Both the position numbers and the translations under genes were made by a program. This document shows, one piece after another, positions 39,846 to 55,536 of a DNA stretch of 64,000 bases. The stretch's first letter is position 1. Each line of letters begins with the position of its first letter. The DNA is from Dimorphilus gyrociliatus. Lineage: Eukaryota > Animalia > Annelida. The stretch spans positions 3,602,684 to 3,666,683 of the forward strand of contig CAJFCJ010000019.1 in assembly GCA_904063045.1 (NCBI GenBank), in the 5' to 3' direction. A model generated the notes under the pieces. That model saw only the letters and a list, made by a program, of their open reading frames with translations. It had not been told where the DNA came from and ran no database searches.

Positions 39846-40696
39846 GTTTATATCACAATTAATTTAATATCGCTCAAGGAATTCGATAAAAATTATTAAA
39901 ATACTTTTCTTATAAAATTCAAGTTGTTTGAACAGTATTCAAGAAATATCTCTAAATTGAACTACTCAATTCAATTTGAACATAATTTTTCATTACCGTG
40001 ATATAGTTTAAAATATATTGATATAATTTATAGTTTTTCTGTTGCTAGTGTATTTGTTATAACTAACGGGACATCCTCACTGCCGTAAAGATAAGAATAA
40101 TTCGAGACAAAATTATATAAAACTCCATTTCTCTCTTTTCATATTTAATTCTATAAAAGTTTGAGAAATAATCTAAAAAAAATATATTCTTTCCTTTGCT
40201 TCACATCATTTTGACGTATAAAATATGATAATTATTTGTGGTTGTTTTAAAAGCAATTATCTTCATAGATCTCAAATAGTTAATATAATTAAGAATAGTT
40301 GCCCACTCTTTTCAAGTTATTTTCAAAAACTTACTTATGCTAGAAACTGTATTTAAAATTCTACTTTTATAAACTCACACAACAACCAATACATTTTACT
40401 TTGCGTAAATGTTGTATTTCATTTCGGTAGTTAGTCGTACCCAAACAAAACATTCTCTCAAGTGCTCTTCGTTATTTTTAAAATCGGAATTGTGCTTTAT
40501 TCTAACAAGAATAATCATTTATAACAGATTAGTTTACTTTAAGTAAGTTAAGTTTTAATATAAAAATTATTGCACTATGTAAAATTTTAACTTACATTAC
40601 AATATTCTAGTAATTCTGCATGTTTGGACTTGCACAAAGAATTGCTAGACATAAGTTATTTAAACATTGTATTTAATTACTTTTTCAGGAACTCTA

Positions 40697-43600
40697 ATGG
40701 ATTTTAGCACGGATATTATACCATCTCTTGATAGAGAATTTGATTTCATGTTAACTGATATGAAGCCGCATGTTCTAAAATTGCCGCATAAATCGGGTAC
40801 AATTTAATCTTTTTCTTTTATCTATTATTATTATTTGTTTTTCAATATTTCCTATGTTAAGATCGTCAAAAATGTGCAATTTGGATAAAGAAACTATGCG
40901 ATCAAGTTACAGGAATATCAGAGAGGTTAATTGAAAAAATTGAAAACTTTATAAAAAACATTTCTCAATTATATTTAACAGAAAAACTAGAAATTCCTAT
41001 GCACGAATTATTCTTGAACAAACGAAAAAAGGAACAATAGATGAACCTATTCTATCTGATCCACCAGATGGTCCATTACCTGTTTTACCACCTCAAACGG
41101 TAACATATTTACATAAAAGCTGGTTGAAAACTAAATTGCTAACTTTAGGCGGAAATTCCCGATTGGGTTAATGGAGAATTATCCCTCTTTCCTGAAACAA
41201 ACAGATATGGCTTTACAGATTTTGGAGAAAGTCCTACGTAAGAATATGAAGTTAAAATTTTACTAATAAAAAGAAGTCATTCACACTTTAAATATCTCTA
41301 GGTCTTTTGATTACCAAATGAAAAATCCACTCTTCTTAAACCAAAAAAGTACTTCTTCAAAAATGGTAGAGTATTAAGACTATATTTTTATATTTTTAAT
41401 TATTTTTACTCTACAAATAATATTCTAATAGCCAGAAGATTATTTCCAAAAATCGAAACCTTTCACAGAAGATTTAGGATATTTAACAGACGGTTTGTAT
41501 TTTCCAAGTTTCTATTGTTAAATTACCATAAAATATTTTATATTTTATAGAATATTTAAAGCCTAAAGATACGCGAAAAGCTTATGAAACAACGACTGTT
41601 TGTAGCTTTAAACAATATTACGTTTATATACCTAATGTTAATTTGTTTCCCATTATAGTCGGATATCGATTGGACTAAATCAAATTTGTCTCACTTCAGT
41701 GCTTTTCCAAATAGTAAGAGCTTTATTTAATTAAAATGTTTATTATTCTTCTCACCTTCATTGTATTTTAATAGCTACGGGCTTTTCCTCCGTTCAAGAA
41801 GACCCAAAATTAACACGGTTAGCTGAAAAAGAGGTTATATCTTTAGTTAATCCTTCAATAGGGTAACCGTATATATAAATCTTTACCTACAGATTATGAT
41901 GAAAACCAAAGCTTTTGAAGCAAAATTTCAAGAGGAAAAGCTTAAATTACAACAAAAACACGATTCGAACGTACAAAAAATTTTGGATAGAAAAAATATT
42001 GAAATAGAGGAAATAAAAAACCATTACAGGAACAAAAACAAAGCACAGGATGATAATTTATCAAAGTTAGAACGTAAAGGTACTGTAGAGTTAACTGAAA
42101 GTTGTCTAATAAAAAAAATTATATTCTGATCTTGTAATAGTTCAAAGTTTATTGAAAGAAATTAATAACTTAAAAGAAACTAAGGAAAAGCAGCTATCAG
42201 AGCTTAAAAGGGTTTTGGAAGAATCTCACAGGAAGAAAACGGAATCTTTAGAAAAAAGAGTAGGTTTAATGTTTTTCAAATTTTTAGTAATGACTTTCTT
42301 TCGTTCAGCTTCAGGATGCTATAAATACAAATGAAAAAGAAAAAATTGCACTTCAAAAAGACCACACTTCGGCTATAGAAGAAATTATTGCTGATACGAA
42401 AAATAGACTTGATAAAATGGAAGAGAAAGCCAGACATCAGAGTGAAACAGCGGTAGGTGAACTATATATAATAATATCGTGTTTAATTGCTAACTGTACA
42501 AAATGTCAATAATTTCTATACAGTCGAACACAATCAATAATCTCGAAAAGCAAGTTCTAGATCAATCTAGGGAAATAGATTTATTGAAAACGTTAAGGAG
42601 GGATCTTGAAAACGAAACGAAATCCCTTAGAGATCATAATGAAAAATTAGAAAATGACGTATCGTCTCTACAGTTCAGGTGTAAAATGTTACAAAAAGAA
42701 AAAGATAACAATCTAGAAGAACATACGAAAGAATTGAAAAGTTTGCAAAATAAATGCGAAGCTAATGTAGAATATTATAAACAAGAAAATAGCCTAAATT
42801 CCTCAAAGGTAAAGTTAATCAGATTAATTCTATCAATCTTAACATAAAGGATATTTCATATGCATAGGCAGCAGAAACTATAGAAGAGTTGAGAAAACAA
42901 CTCTTACAAACAAAAAAGAATTTGGAAGCTTGCGAACAAAGGAGACAAACACAAGCTATGGAATTTGAAAGACTAGAAAAGCAAAATAGAATGAACCTAG
43001 AAAGTTCTTACGAAGGAAAAGTTGGTTTTCTTATCTTGTAATTGTATTACTAAGGTAAATATTTACCTTCATAATTTACAGATAAGGAATATAACAGCTG
43101 AACTACAAAAATATCAATCGGATGCCAAACAGAAAATTGAAAATCTTGAAAAGTCTAATAAAGAAAAAGATCTTGATTTAATTGAGTCAAAACGACAAAC
43201 TGAACTTGTCTCAAAGAAGGCGGATGAAGCTCTCCAAAATTTCAAAATGCAAATCGAACAGCAAAACTTTAAAGCTTACCAAGACATGCAAAAACACATG
43301 AAGAAAGTTGAACACGATTTGGATAGATCAAGACATTTGAGGGAAAAACAAAGTAAAGAATTTCAAAAGCAAATACAAGAACAATCTGATGTTTATAAAA
43401 ATCAAATGAGAGATATGCACGAAAAATTTGAGAATGAGAAACAACAAATTATCAAAGAGTTGTCGTCAAATCAACTAAAATTGGAAAAAGATCATGAAAA
43501 AGCCATAAAAACTATGGCTGATATGCATAAAAAAGAGTTTACCAAAATGGAAAGGATTGTTGACGATGAAAAGCGAAAAAATATTCAATTAAGAGAAGAA

Positions 43601-44597
43601 ATGGCCAGATCGAAACAAATGATGAAAGATGAACTTATCGAACTAGCTAAATTAAGAGATGAAGAAAGAATGAGAATAGAAAAAGATTATGAAGATAGAA
43701 TAGGCAAATTGAAAAATCAAATTGAACAACAAAGGGTTGATCTGCAAAAGGAGCAGAGTTTAGAAATGGCTAAAATGCTAGAGAAGGTAATGTAAATTGT
43801 CTAAATAACCAATCTATATTCATATAAAATTTTATTGTCTGTAGACGGATAGCAGCTTAAAAGATATCGAAAAAGAGTACTCTTTAAGGGCTGCTAGAGA
43901 TAAAGAAACAATTTGCCAACTACAATCTCATATAGATGAATTAAAGAACGATAGCCTTAGGTAAAATCGTTTTTTTTTTCTTTGAAGGAAATTAACAGTC
44001 GTAACATTTCGATTTCATTGTTTAGTCTAAAAGAAAAACATAACAAAGAAATTGAACATCAAATTGCAAAATCCGAAGAAGAGAGACGAAAATTAAAGCA
44101 TCAGCACGCAAACATTTTGAAAGTAAAAGCTAACTAACTATAAGGCAATTTATTATCTGTTTCATAACACACCAATTTTATTATGACAGAGTATTCATTC
44201 AGAAATTGAATCGCAAAAGTCTAAATTTCGACAATTGGAGACAAAATTCTTAGAGCAAGAACAAGATTACGAAGAAAAGGTTTGTCTGTGAAATTTACGA
44301 ATTAAATAGTATATTTAAAAATTGTTTTTTCTTTAGCTTGTTCAAGTTCGTAGAGAATATGAACAAAGACTCAAAGGAATGCTTCATCCATCAGTTCGCA
44401 AAGTAAATATATTAAGAGTATTATGACCTTTTTTTACTCATTTTTTATAAAATTTCCAGGAACTAGAGGCTACAATAGAATCTCTCAAATCGCAAGTCGT
44501 AGTTTTACAACAAAAAACTGCATTATTACAAGAGGAAATTGGAAAATATTCTCAAAACCCAAGAAATTTTGTGCCTAATTTGATTGCTAGTGCTTGA
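40697..44597 (+). CDS. CEP112: Centrosomal protein CEP112 (DUF4485 plus long coiled coil), multi-exon
   Basis: LDREFDFMLTDMKPHVLKLPHKSDRQKCAIWIKKLC...RNSYARIIL...PPDGPLPVLP, then extensive coiled coil, ending ELEATIESLKSQVVVLQQKTALLQEEI. Confidence 0.9.
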
Positions 44598-44878
44598 GAG
44601 AGAGAGAGAAAGAAAAGACGGTCCTTGTTCTCTTTATTCTGTCCTCAATTTGTATCTAGAAGTAGTAATGATTTTAAACTAATTGTTAACACCTTTTAAA
44701 TATTTATAAATTCTGTTTTTACATTATCATCTTAATTTTATTTTTTAGTCAGCTTTTATTGTTGAAATTTGAAAGTATGAATTTTCATATACAAACAATA
44801 AAGTATTTACAAACTTTAATATCTTTATTATAAAAGTGAAAGTTTTAACTTTGCTTTTAATAAAGAAAATTGAATAAT

Positions 44879-45278
44879 TTATGTAAAAAGTTCCAGTTCA
44901 TTTTGAATTTTTTCCGCTAAAATTTTTTCTACTCCAAAAGCCTGTTCCTGAGATAATGTGTAACTCATTAAAACTTGCCTGTTCAGTTTTTTGCTTAATC
45001 TCTCTGTCATATATTGAACAGAACCTTCGAAAGATTCGCCAAAGATTTGAGTTGATTTAGACTGCAAGATAATATCTTTTTAACTTATCTTATTTAAAAT
45101 AATTTTTTAAATTCACCTCGCCAGTTATTGGTAAGCCTAAGGACAAAGCCGACAGTCTGCAGTCTCTACCTACCCAAATATAGGTACTTCCTGAAAAAAC
45201 TGCAACGTAGAAATGTATTAGTTCTTCTCCACACTTTGACGAAAATTTGTGTTCCCTAATATTAGGATTATCGGTCAT
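44879..45278 (-). CDS. PSMG4: Proteasome assembly chaperone 4, two exons
   Basis: HKFSSKCGEELIHFYV...YIWVG...LSALSLGL joined to STQIFG...RLSKKLNRQVLMSY...EKIQNELELF. Confidence 0.85.
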
Positions 45279-45498
45279 TTTTTCACAACGCTGATTTTTT
45301 GCCTAATACCAGTTTTTTTTTATTTAAACGAAATATTCACTAAACGATATTTTTTTTTTTGCAAGTCATTATATTTTTGCTTTATATTTTATTGAGAGAA
45401 GACCGCATTCATTGTTTCGATTTACATAAAGAAATAAATTTAATAATGAAAGAGATATTCTAAAATGGAAAAAAATAGATTATTTCAATGTTATTTAT

Positions 45499-46603
45499 TT
45501 AGTTTGGTAAAAACTTTTCTTCATCTTTCAACAATTGATCTTCATTTTGTAAACGAAAAACTTCTTTAACTGGAGCAACTTTGCTCTCTACGTTGACCAA
45601 ACTTTCTTCCTCCTTAATTGTTTTACAAACATTTTGCATAGCTGTAATACATGATCTAAGGTTATGATTAGCCCAAATAACTGTTGAAATTCCCCATTTC
45701 CTAAATTGTTCTGTAGGCGTTTTGTAGTATTTCGTTGGTACAATAACAACAGGACTCTGATTCGACCAATTAGTGACGAAAGCTTCTATTTCACTATGAT
45801 CTGATCTCTTAGAATGCATAAGAATAGCATCAGCACCAGCCTTATGATATTGATCTGCTCTTTTCAGTGCTTCTTCTAATCCATAGCCTGCAATGAAAGC
45901 TTCTACTCTAGCAACGACACTAAAGTCTGGATCGCGCTGAGCTTCTTTACAAGCTTTAATTTTAAGAGCGAATTCTTCAGGATCCGCCAACGGTTGCTTT
46001 ACGCCCTCTAGTAAAGAATTTGTCTTTGGAAACGTCTTATCTTCCATACAAACTCCTACAAAAAAATAGGAAAATTTGTTACATTGATCAATTATTGCTA
46101 TCAATAGTTTCATTGAATTTTAAGTGCTGAGCATCTGTTCTAATTTGACAGCTTTAACATCAATAAAACTTATGGCGCTTTTCTTTCAATATTCAACTTT
46201 AAAAAAAAATAAAGAGAAAACTAACCAGCAATTCCACGATCTTCCAATTTTCTAACTAATCGTCTTGCATTGTTGAAATTACCGTACCCAGTATCAGCAT
46301 CAACCAAAATTGGTCTGTCTGATGCATCGCTCATAAATTCCAAAATTTCCAATACTTGTGTCCACGATGCTTCGTTGTGATCTCTTACTCCAAGCTGTGC
46401 TGACATAGACAAGCCAGATGCCCAAATTCCACAAAACCCAGCTTCTTCAACAATTTTGGCACTTAAACCATTGTGAGCTTCCATTAAGAACTCTAACTTA
46501 TCGGATGTTAGCATTCTTCTTAAGGCAGTTGTTTTATGACAGTAAAATGAAGCGCATGGTGTAGGGGTTGGTTCAGCTGCTTCTTGAATAGTAGTAGCAT
46601 ATG
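45499..46603 (-). CDS. PEPM: Phosphoenolpyruvate mutase (PEP phosphomutase, C-P bond formation); first exon unresolved
   Basis: [91 protein letters not shown] and WANHNLR, close to the remembered Mytilus PEP mutase. GT-AG intron 46056-46225. Confidence 0.96.
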
Positions 46604-47317
46604 CTATAAAAATAGTTAATAGACATTCATTACCAAAGAGAAATTCTTGGAACTTTTTAATAAATGATTTGATTCTAGAGAAACTTTTCTAGGAATCCAA
46701 GTTATACATTCTATTAGAAGAGATAATATCCTTTGGTTTTTATACATTGAAATAGTCTTTAACCCCAGACTTTAATCAAGCAGCCATCTTTATATATTTT
46801 TGGTATAAAGTACATAGAAAACTATAATAAATAATAGTTACCTCTAGAGACAAGACGTGGTATATTTCTAGGAATAAATCGAAGTATTGAATTCATTTCT
46901 TAATTCGAAGTCTTGACAACTCTAATGCCAAAATGATAAGTGTATTAGCAATCAAAATTAAACAGCTTGTAACACATTAATTCTACAAACAGTTTGTATA
47001 TAAAACTGATCAAATAATTGTAACACAATGAATTATCTGAAGTTCGATTAATTTAATTAATAAGTAAATATTACAATCTTTTTAAAACTATTGACTCTAA
47101 GGTGTATCTATGCTTACTAGTTAACTTTTTAAAATGTCAAATATCACTGAGCACACACCTCAAATGAAGAATACGAACATAAAGTCCAACCGGTTGGAAG
47201 AAGGTAGCTCTAATTTCTGAACCCGTCCACATTATCGTTAATAGTGAAATAGAATATACACTTCCTACTCATATTAAGACATACCCTTGTAACATTCAAC
47301 TTTTGCTAAAATTTCGA

Positions 47318-48824
47318 ATGGAATTGCGTACTCTATTAGAACTTGAAGAACATAGGAAACAACACTACAGAAATATTAATGAAATAAGCATTATATCTTC
47401 TCCGTGCAGTTTTGAATATTTCTTCATAAATCATTTAAAGCCAAATATTCCATGTATCTTTGATACTTGGCTAACTGCAAATTGGAAGGCTGTTAAAGAA
47501 TGGGTAAAAGATGATCAAATCAATGATGATTTTATGATCAAGAAATTTGGTTATTTTAGTAGAAACTGACAAAACAAATCCACATTATCTTAATTATTTT
47601 TCTTTCAGGTGACATGAATGTTCCGGTGGCTAATTGCAGTAAAATTAAATATGATTCTCAGGAAAAAATAGCAATGAACTTTAAATCTTATTTTAATTAC
47701 ATAAAAGACACCGAATCAAATAGTATCGATGATATACTATACTTAAAAGATTGGCATTTTCAAAAAGAATCCAACTATGATGCTTATGATTTACCTATTT
47801 TTTTTGAAACTGATTGGATGAATGAGTTTTGGGATAAACGAGACGATGAAAAAGATGATTATAGATTTTTGTACTTTGGACCGAAAGGTTCATGGTAAAT
47901 ATTCTAGTTAAACTTCACTTATTAAAAAATTTTTAGTTTATTCTATTTTTTTTATAAGGACACCTTTTCATAGTGATGTTTTGAGATCGTACAGTTGGTC
48001 TGCAAATATATGTGGGAAAAAAAAATGGATCATTTTTCCGCCTGGTCTGCATACTAATTATGATATTTTCATTTAAACAGATACAAGTATTTGTAATATT
48101 TTCATTAATAGGAGAGGAGCTTAAACTGATGAACGGTTCAAGATTACCTGTTGATTTAAGAGATTCCGAAAAATTTGAGGAACTGAAGAAAAATAATTCT
48201 ATCAAGTTTTTCGAAGTTTATCAAAATAGTGGACAAACAATTTTTGTTCCTAGTGGATGGTTTCATCAAGTTTTCAATGAGGTATTTGAAAGATTTTAAT
48301 AATCAGTCTACAAACAACAATCTTAAAAGGTTACAACTCTATCCCTCAATCATAATTGGACAAATGCATGTGGAATAGATCTATTGTGGAAGCATTTATT
48401 ATATAATTTAAAATTGGTAGAGAAAGAAATTGACGATTGCAAAGATATGGATAATTGGACAGATACGTGTCAGGTAAAATGCGGGAAAGGTTTCAAATAT
48501 CTTAAAGTGTTTCTTGATGAAAGCTTATGATATAAAATGTTATAGGCGATATTGAAGGCCGAAACTGGTATGGACTTTAACATATTCGAACAATTTATAA
48601 ACACAATATATGAAAGAAGAAAAAGGTATCTACACCAGAGTTTTGATGAAAGTAAGAAAACTGGAGAAGCTAAAATTTATCACCATGCAGACTTAAACAA
48701 AACAGACTTTATAAAATTGGAATTAAAAGCAATTATGATCGTTCTGAAAGAATACGAACTATTCAATAAAAAGTCTGTAATTGATATTAATGAGTTTAAA
48801 AAACTGAACATTGATATTGAATAA
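47318..48824 (+). CDS. JMJD4: JmjC 2-oxoglutarate/Fe(II) oxygenase JMJD4, multi-exon
   Basis: VPVANC, LYLKDWHF, DWMNEFWD...DDYRFLYFGPKGSWTPFHSDVLRSYSWSANICGKKKW, FVPSGWFHQVFN and SLNHNWTN. Confidence 0.92.
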
Positions 48825-48891
48825 GAAATTTTTATTATACAAATTATTAATAAAGTAAAAAAATAAGATGGAATAATCTAAAATGAGCTAT

Positions 48892-50784
<1,893 letters not shown>

Positions 50785-51277
50785 TTATTAAACGAATATT
50801 ATGGCGCGAAATTTAAGAGCCGTTTCAAAATGATCTCTCATCTAACAATAAAAGTGCAATGATAGCATATCAAAAATTAACAAATAATCTCTGCTTTGCT
50901 TTAAATTGTCTTTCTTCTTAATATTCTCTTAGAGCAAATTGAATAAGAGAGGCAGCAAAAATTTCTAAGAGTATTTTTTTGTCGTTGTGGTTACAGTTAG
51001 GTTCTTAGGTGTTACGGGAAATCAAGGCTTTATTATAAAAATGGAATACGAACCCTTTGATATACGTGTCCTCAAAAATTGAAGAAGTTTTCGTATCGTA
51101 ATTTCTTTAACAGTACCTTTTTTAATTGAAACGGCTAGAAATTTTGTTTTCAATATCACATAGTGTTCACTTAATAGGAATTACAAGAGGACAACAAAAT
51201 AAATTGTAAAACTTTATTAAAGTAACATTAAAAAAAAAAAAATATTTGAGATAAAATACCCAAGCTCAAAGAAAAAG

Positions 51278-54200
51278 ATGGCTCCTCTCAGGAGGTGAGG
51301 TTTTTTTGCGGCTTTCTAAAAGTTTTAATAGAATTAACAGTTAAAATTTATAAATAATTCTAATCCTTGAAAATTCATTATAACATGTATTCTGTCATTT
51401 TAATCTTGAAATTAATCACTCTATTAAAAAATCAAACCACATAAACATCCCTTGAATTTCATCAATGCTTTTCTACAGATACATGAAGATTTTCAAGCTA
51501 AACTTGTGCTTTATATTCTTGTCATACTTCTGTGTCAGAGCGGTTGACAGGGCTAATTTTAAAACATGCGACCAAAGTGGCTTCTGCAAGTAAGTTTATC
51601 AACTTTTCCCTTCAATCATATTCTCATTAGTTTATTCTTCAGACAACTACGTAGTATGGAAAAAGGAAATTCTCCATATAAGCTTCTACTAAATACATTA
51701 AATATTCAAAAAGATTCTCTTCAAGTCGATCTTCTTAACAATAAAAATAATGTGAAATTAGTTTTAAAGTTATCTGGTATCAGAGATAACATATTTAGGT
51801 TAAGAATAACCGAAAAAGACCCTCTTAAACCTCGATATGAACCTGCTATCGGAGATGTTTTAGATTCAGAGCCAAAATTAGAGAGTATTACTGTCAAACG
51901 AGAGGGACAAACTGTAAAAGTTAACCTAAAAAACGATGCTGTTGTAATTTTGGATGAAAGCCCATTCTCTATGCAAGTACTTCAGAGTGGTGAACCTGTA
52001 TTATTAATCAATTCTCGAGGACTTTTAAGATTCGAGCATACAAGAACAAAACCAGAAGCTGAGGCGTAAGTGTCTTCCTTTTAGACTCTATTAAAAAAAC
52101 TTAAAAAGACAATCAGATGCTATAAATGCTATCGCATTAAAAAAATATTATTTTTTTTGACTAATTTTATTCTTAGAGATTTGCACCTTTTTGCTTTTTA
52201 ATCCAATTTAATTTCTTTTAATTACTCCCAAAAAAAATTTTCTTGCTTTCATTTGGTTTAGGTAGGTTTTTTTTTTTTCTGTTTTATAATATCAGGCCAC
52301 AAGGAATCCTGTCCACGGTTTTATCTTGGTTTTCTAACAGTCCACAGCCAGCTGACGATGAAGTTCCTGTCGAAGAGAATGCCGAAAATGAAAATCATGA
52401 AAAAGAAAACGTTAGTATTATTTTATCTTAGTATAATTGACCTCATTTTTCATAAACTTCTTCCTATGTTAAATAGAAAGAAGAGGCTGAAAAGAAAGAA
52501 ACCGACGAAGAAGGTGTTTGGGAAGAATCATTTAAAGGACATACTGATTCAAAACCAAGTGGTAAGTTTATCTTATCAAACTTACATTTCGTAAAAAAAA
52601 TCGATAATTATTTATTTATATACCCATAACACTTTGTTATCAATAAAGGACCTCAAGCTATTGGGTTGGACTTTAGTTTTCCAGGTTTCGAAAATGTTTA
52701 CGGTATTCCTGAGCATGCTGATAGTTTTGCTTTAAAATCAACAAGGTTTTAAATTGCTTTTGAGTAGTGGAACCCTAATTAATATATTGTTTTTTTTCCT
52801 CTGTTTAGAGATACTGATCCGTATCGTTTATACAACTTGGATGTATTTGAATATGAACTACATAATCCTATGGCCTTGTATGGCTCTGTTCCTCTAATGT
52901 ATGCCCACAAGTATGTACTTACTTAAAACAATACATTTATGAAAGTGTTTGAAACGAGTTTATGCTTGTATTTTTGTTTCTCAGCGAAAAGCGAACAATT
53001 GGTTTATTTTGGTTAAACACAGCTGAAACATGGATTGATATTGGATCAAATACTGCTGATAAGGTGAATAACTAAGAAAAATAATCACCAATAAATAATT
53101 CATTTATGAAAATTTGTAGAATATGCTCTCAAAATTGGCTACTTTTGTTGGAGTTGGATCTTCTGACGAAATGCCACAGGTTGATACTCATTGGATGAGT
53201 GAATCAGGCATTATTGATGTTTTCTTTTTGCTGGGACCAAAACCAAATGATGCATTCCGACAATATGGTTCTTTGACTGGCACAACTCCGCTGCCGCCAC
53301 TCTTTAGTATTGGTATGTTTTTTACAATATTTCTTGGTCTTATCAATATTTTATTAGTATTTAATAATAGAAATAACTCATTTTTGAAATATTATTAGCT
53401 TATCATCAATGTCGTTGGAATTACAATGATGAAGAAGATGTCCAAACCGTTAACGAAGGTTTTGATACTCATGATATACCAATGGATGTAATTTGGCTAG
53501 ATATTGAACATACCAATGGTAAAAGATACTTCACTTGGGATGGAGCCAAATTCTCTCATTCCGTCGATATGATTAATAAAGTGGCTGCTAGAGGTCGAAA
53601 AATGGTTACAATAGTTGATCCTCATTTGAAACGAGATGACAATTATAATGTTCATTCTGAATGCCGTTCAAAGGGTTATTATATTAAAAATAAAGATGGT
53701 AATGACTATGATGGTTGGTGTTGGCCAGGCTCAAGCTCTTGGCCAGACTTTTTCAAACCAGAGGTTCGTGAATGGTGGGCTGGTAAATTTTTAACATCAG
53801 AATATGTTGGTTCTACTCATGATTTATTTACATGGAATGATATGAACGAACCATCTGTATTCAATGGTCCAGAGATTACAATGCATAAAGATGCCAAACA
53901 CTTAGACGGTAATGAACATAGACATGTTCATAATTTATACGGCACCCTGGTCCATCGAGCCACGTTTGAAGGTCAGCTAAAGAGAGATCCTAATCAGCGA
54001 CCATTCATTTTATCAAGAGCATTCTTTGCCGGCTCTCAGAGATATGGTGCCGTTTGGACTGGTGATAATATGAGTGAATGGGGACACTTAAAAATCTCCG
54101 TTCCTATGCTTCTTTCTCACGGTATAACGGGAATAAGCTTTATCGGGGCTGATGTTGGAGGTTTCTTCAAAAATCCCGACGCAGAATTACTTACTCGATG

Positions 54201-55253
54201 GTATCAAGCCGGAGCCTATCAACCCTTTTTCAGAGCTCACGCTCATTTAGATACCAGACGAAGAGAACCTTGGCTTTTTGACGATAAATACAAGAATATA
54301 ATTCGCGATGCCATTAGAGCCAGATATGCTCTATTGCCCTTCTGGTACACCTTATTTTACCACGGAGAGAAGGAAGGTGGACCTGTGATGAAACCTTTAT
54401 GGGTTGACTTCCCAAAACAAAAAGAAACATTCACTATTGATGACCAATATCTGATTGGATCTGTTCTAATGGTTAAACCCGTCACGGAGCAAGGTTCATC
54501 CGGCTTTCGTATGTTCTTCCCTGGTGATTCTACAACGGAATGGTACGACATTTATTCAAAACAACCAGTGAAAACTCACGGTGGATATGAGTTTGTATCT
54601 GCACCTTTGGAAAAGGTAACCATTGTGCTATTATATCGAATGGAAAAATGAATAATTGTGCCTATGTCTTTCTCCTAGGTACCTGTCTTTCAAAGAGGAG
54701 GTACAATTTTACCTCGTAAAAATCGCATTCGCCGAGCTTCTATACTTGCTAAAGATGATCCTTACACGCTTACAATCGCTTTGGATCAAAATGGATCGGC
54801 TGTTGGAGATTTATACATCGACGATTATATGACACATGAATACAGACAGAATAAATACACCTTAAGAAAATTTATATATGAAAATAACATGCTAGTTAAC
54901 AAGTAAGTCTTTTCCCTACTCTGTAAAGGAAACCAATAATTCTCTTTCCACTTTAAAGGAATATTAGCCCAATGAGTCAATTTGAAACGAAATCATGGTT
55001 GGAGAAGATAGAAATTTTAGGCATGAAAAGTAAACCAATCAGTGTTCAAGTTATAGGCGAAGGTACGTACAAGACACAAACTTATGAAAAAATTAATATG
55101 TCTTATAATACTAATTAATCTTTGGTTATTTGTTCGATAGATAAATCCACCAGAGACTTAGAATTCAATTTTGAACCTTCTAAGCAAGTATTAACTATAA
55201 GAAAGCCCGACGTCAACATTGCTCAAGATTGGATCATATCTTTACGTCGTTAG
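51278..55253 (+). CDS. GANAB: Glucosidase II alpha subunit (GH31), multi-exon
   Basis: Signal peptide followed by [32 protein letters not shown], catalytic [31 protein letters not shown] and VFQRGG. Confidence 0.96.
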
Positions 55254-55536
55254 GAATTTTACCACGCATGTTTTGACTTTTTACCTAATTGTTCAATGAC
55301 CTGAAATTGAACGATTCTTTCTCTACTCTAAATTTAAATACATATATTATGAGTAGTGTTATCTATTGATAAGTCACGGTATTGTTATCGCGTGCCATTT
55401 ACTTTCTATTGAGTATTCTCATTTTCATGATGTAATAAAGGATTTCATCAAACAACTATTTTTATTTGCAGTTTTAGAAAAAGGCAGTTTACGTATTTAA
55501 AAAAGACAAAATTACGCCCAACAAAACAATTATTGT

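Noticed and set aside
47134-47203. ATG-initiated segment with a GT donor upstream of JMJD4
   Set aside because: I found no acceptor that joins it in frame to JMJD4; it is likely 5' UTR or promoter sequence.
44879-48824. A phosphonate biosynthetic gene cluster around PEP mutase
   Set aside because: The neighbours are PSMG4 and JMJD4. No phosphonopyruvate decarboxylase or aminotransferase is recognisable in the window.
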